Shown here: one piece after another, positions 61,570 through 64,000 of the stretch
Layout: every line of letters starts with the position of its first letter
Position numbering within the stretch: the stretch's first letter is position 1
Assembly: GCF_963921235.1 (NCBI RefSeq)
Contig: NC_086097.1
Span: forward strand, 48,796,001 to 48,860,000
Source of the DNA: Mobula hypostoma
Taxonomy: Eukaryota
Reading direction: 5' to 3'
Length of the DNA: 64,000 nt
Notes under the pieces: generated by a model
The model's input: the letters and a program-made list of their open reading frames with translations, nothing else
Told to the model about the DNA's origin: nothing
Databases searched by the model: none
Program-made: the position numbers and the translations under genes

Positions 61570-62760
61570 CATCATTGTAAATTTGACTTATATTTTTTTG
61601 TGGTATGCAGATGTCACTGGCAAGGGCAGCATTTGTTGCCCACCCACAAGCCCTTCATGTGCAGTGTCAGTACTTCTGCTATGGCACCTGTGCATTGCTG
61701 CTGGGTGGGGACGTTCCAGGATATACACTCAGAACCGATGATGAAATGAGTGCTATATTTCCAGTTCAGGATAGTGAATGCCTTGCAGGTCAATCAAGTC
61801 AAATTAAAACAAATCAGATTAATTCAAGGTTAATTATCATTCAACCATTCATGAATACAGCCGAACGAAACAATGTTCCTCTGGGGCCAAGGTGCAAACA
61901 TACACAGCACATTCAAAATAGTGAGCAAAAAAAAAACATAGTCATGCAAAAAAACACACACACACATACACACATAGCCTAAGACACTCTAGTGTTATAT
62001 CCCATAAATTGATGGTACGGTTATGGCAATGCACGCAATCAGGCTTGTCATATCACCATCGAAGATTGAAGGGCAGCAGCGATGGAAGAGGCTGGCCTCC
62101 AATCAAGCACACATGCCATGCTGCACCGCCTCCAGTGACTATTCACCTGGCCTTCAGTAGCAGGCATGCCCCTGGCTTGAGGCCTAGTCTTCATTGTAGC
62201 TGAGGCTACGCAGCTCCCACATCACCTGCCGTGCCATCAAACACGGGAAACGGGCTTGTGGCATCTTAATTATCAATGTCCAACAGGGTCTTGCGATTGC
62301 AAGAGAAACCTTTATGACAGCAAGTGTCAACCTGCAAGTGTTGGTGTTTCCATACTCCTTGTATCATATTGTCATCTGATGGTAGAGGTTACAGATTTCA
62401 GAGGTGATCATGGAACAGTCTGGGTGACTAGCCTCACTAAATTCTGTAGATGGTGTACACTTCTGACACTGTCATTTGATTAGGACTGTGGATGATGTTT
62501 GCCTTCTCATGTGTTGTTAATGCTGCATCCATGCAAGCATGTACAGATGATTCCATCCACATACTTTCCTCATGGTTGAAGCAGGTGAGAGGGCTTTATG
62601 GAATCAGGAGGTGAGTCACGAACTCTGACCTGTTCTTGAGACTGAAGTTTTTAGGTGACTGGTCCAGTCGAGTTTCTGTTCAACTGTGACCTTTGGTTGT
62701 TGACAGTAGGAAACTCTATGGTAATACCCTGAGAAGTCATGCTTTCCAGCATGGAATGCA
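61570..62760 (-). mobile_element. Old LINE 3' region with a nested Rex-type or non-autonomous 3' end (about 61790-62310)
   Basis: cactggcaagggcagcatttgttgcccacc is the reverse complement of the old LINE tail; the nested piece begins tcaagtcaaatt...ttaattatcattcaacc. Confidence 0.5.
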
Positions 62761-63429
62761 AGCCTTTTAAGTTTTCACACACCAGCAGACTATCTGATAC
62801 CACCATTCTGGAGTTTATTCCTCAGTAGAATATCAAAGGATATCTTGCTCCTCAGAAAACATTTACTTTCTACATTGGACCTACTTCAGTCTTGGAGCCA
62901 AAGTTCTGAGATAACAACTTTTTACTTCTTTGCTGCCATTTCCACTTCTCCTCTAACTCCTGCTGTTCTTTGTGACCAATGCTTAAAGTCATAATCCAGA
63001 ACCATTTGTGACCATAGTCAGTGTATTGTGCTGGCACTCAGTGCAAGTGAAGTGTGCATCACTGGGCGATGGTAGATTCAATATCCTCCAGCTAGTTTTC
63101 ACAGACACCTCTCTAGGAGAGATGTACGTCAAGTGATATCAGAGTTAATGCCTGCAACTTGCCAGCATATGCTGTGCCATGATGCTGTGGGGTCTGCTAG
63201 CTTAATAACACATTATGTGAAAAATGGAGCAAGAGAGAGTGCAGCTCATATTCACAGATATTTTACTACTTCCTGTGAAATTGTACCAAACCCATACAGA
63301 AACTAAGTACACACAATTAACAACTTACATCTTTAAAATTATATAATTATTTACTTAGAGAGTTCTTAAATTTAATAAAACACATTTTTTGATTTATTTA
63401 ATCCTTTTGACTGTAATTATTATCTAACA

Positions 63430-63720
63430 CCTATTTGTTGTTGTCATACAGCATGGAAACAGCATCTTTGCTCTCCACCACACCTTCTATCAGGTACCCA
63501 TTTAGTTATCCCATTTTTATCTTTTCCTCAAATTCTACTACTCCCCTACGCATTACAGACAATTTGGAGTGGTTAATTAATCTACCAGCCCATCCCCTTG
63601 GAATACGGGAGGAAACCAACATGTAGGAAGTGTAAATTCCTTCCAGACAACGCCAGAGGTTGCTGGAGCTCTGGGACAGCAGCTCTGCTGAGTACGTTTC
63701 TTTGCCATCCAGTACAGTAT
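63430..63720 (-). mobile_element. V-SINE, diverged
   Basis: ttaattaatctaccagc...gggaggaaacc...aattccttccagacaacgcc is the reverse complement of the V domain and head. Confidence 0.6.
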
Positions 63721-63839
63721 CCAAATAAACTATTTTCAAATTCCAGAAAGGTATTTCATACAACTCTCTTCTTATAATAAGCTACATACATAGGTAGTTT
63801 CACAATTGTTACTCAACAAAGTATAGCCACTAAGATAAG

Positions 63840-64000
63840 GGCATCCGTTAGTCTTGCGAGATCATGGATCTGCGCCTGGAAAGTCTTCACTCTCCAGGGC
63901 ACAGGCCTGGGCAAGGTTGTATGGAAGACCAGCAGTTGCCCATGTTGCAAGTCTCCCCTCTCCACGACACCGATGTTGTCCAAGGGAAGGGCATTAGGAC
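63840..64000. mobile_element. RTE-type LINE terminal region, cut by the window end
   Basis: gcatccgttagtcttgcgagatcatggatctgcgcc resembles RTE-clade UTR sequence as I recall it; CpG-rich and looks young. Confidence 0.45.

Overview
Eukaryotic, repeat-dense non-coding DNA, most likely intronic or intergenic sequence of a cartilaginous fish, probably a ray. The taxon is my inference from HE1/V-SINE-type SINEs, a Deu-SINE remnant and the CR1 and Rex1/Babar families; I ran no database search. I could not identify a host protein-coding gene: the long ORFs in the track are transposon remnants or their antisense shadows. The window holds many CR1 LINEs (one near full length, with an esterase ORF1 and an APE-RT ORF2, 21.4-25.4 kb), Rex1/Babar LINEs, a truncated sushi-like Ty3/Gypsy element, two solo LTRs, a non-autonomous Helitron with 23-aa repeats, two copies of a Charlie3/MER1-like hAT element carrying a captured CR1 tail, a Tc1 MITE, V-SINEs and a tRNA-Ala pseudogene. 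The most striking structure is a 1.6-kb near-perfect palindrome (28.6-30.2 kb). It is made of two head-to-head Penelope-like (GIY-YIG) 3' ends inside one 13-bp target duplication. Each arm, and several dispersed short copies, carries a minimal type I hammerhead-ribozyme motif. Several repeat-free stretches contain candidate regulatory elements. Boundaries of old repeats are approximate; family names come from my recognition of motifs.
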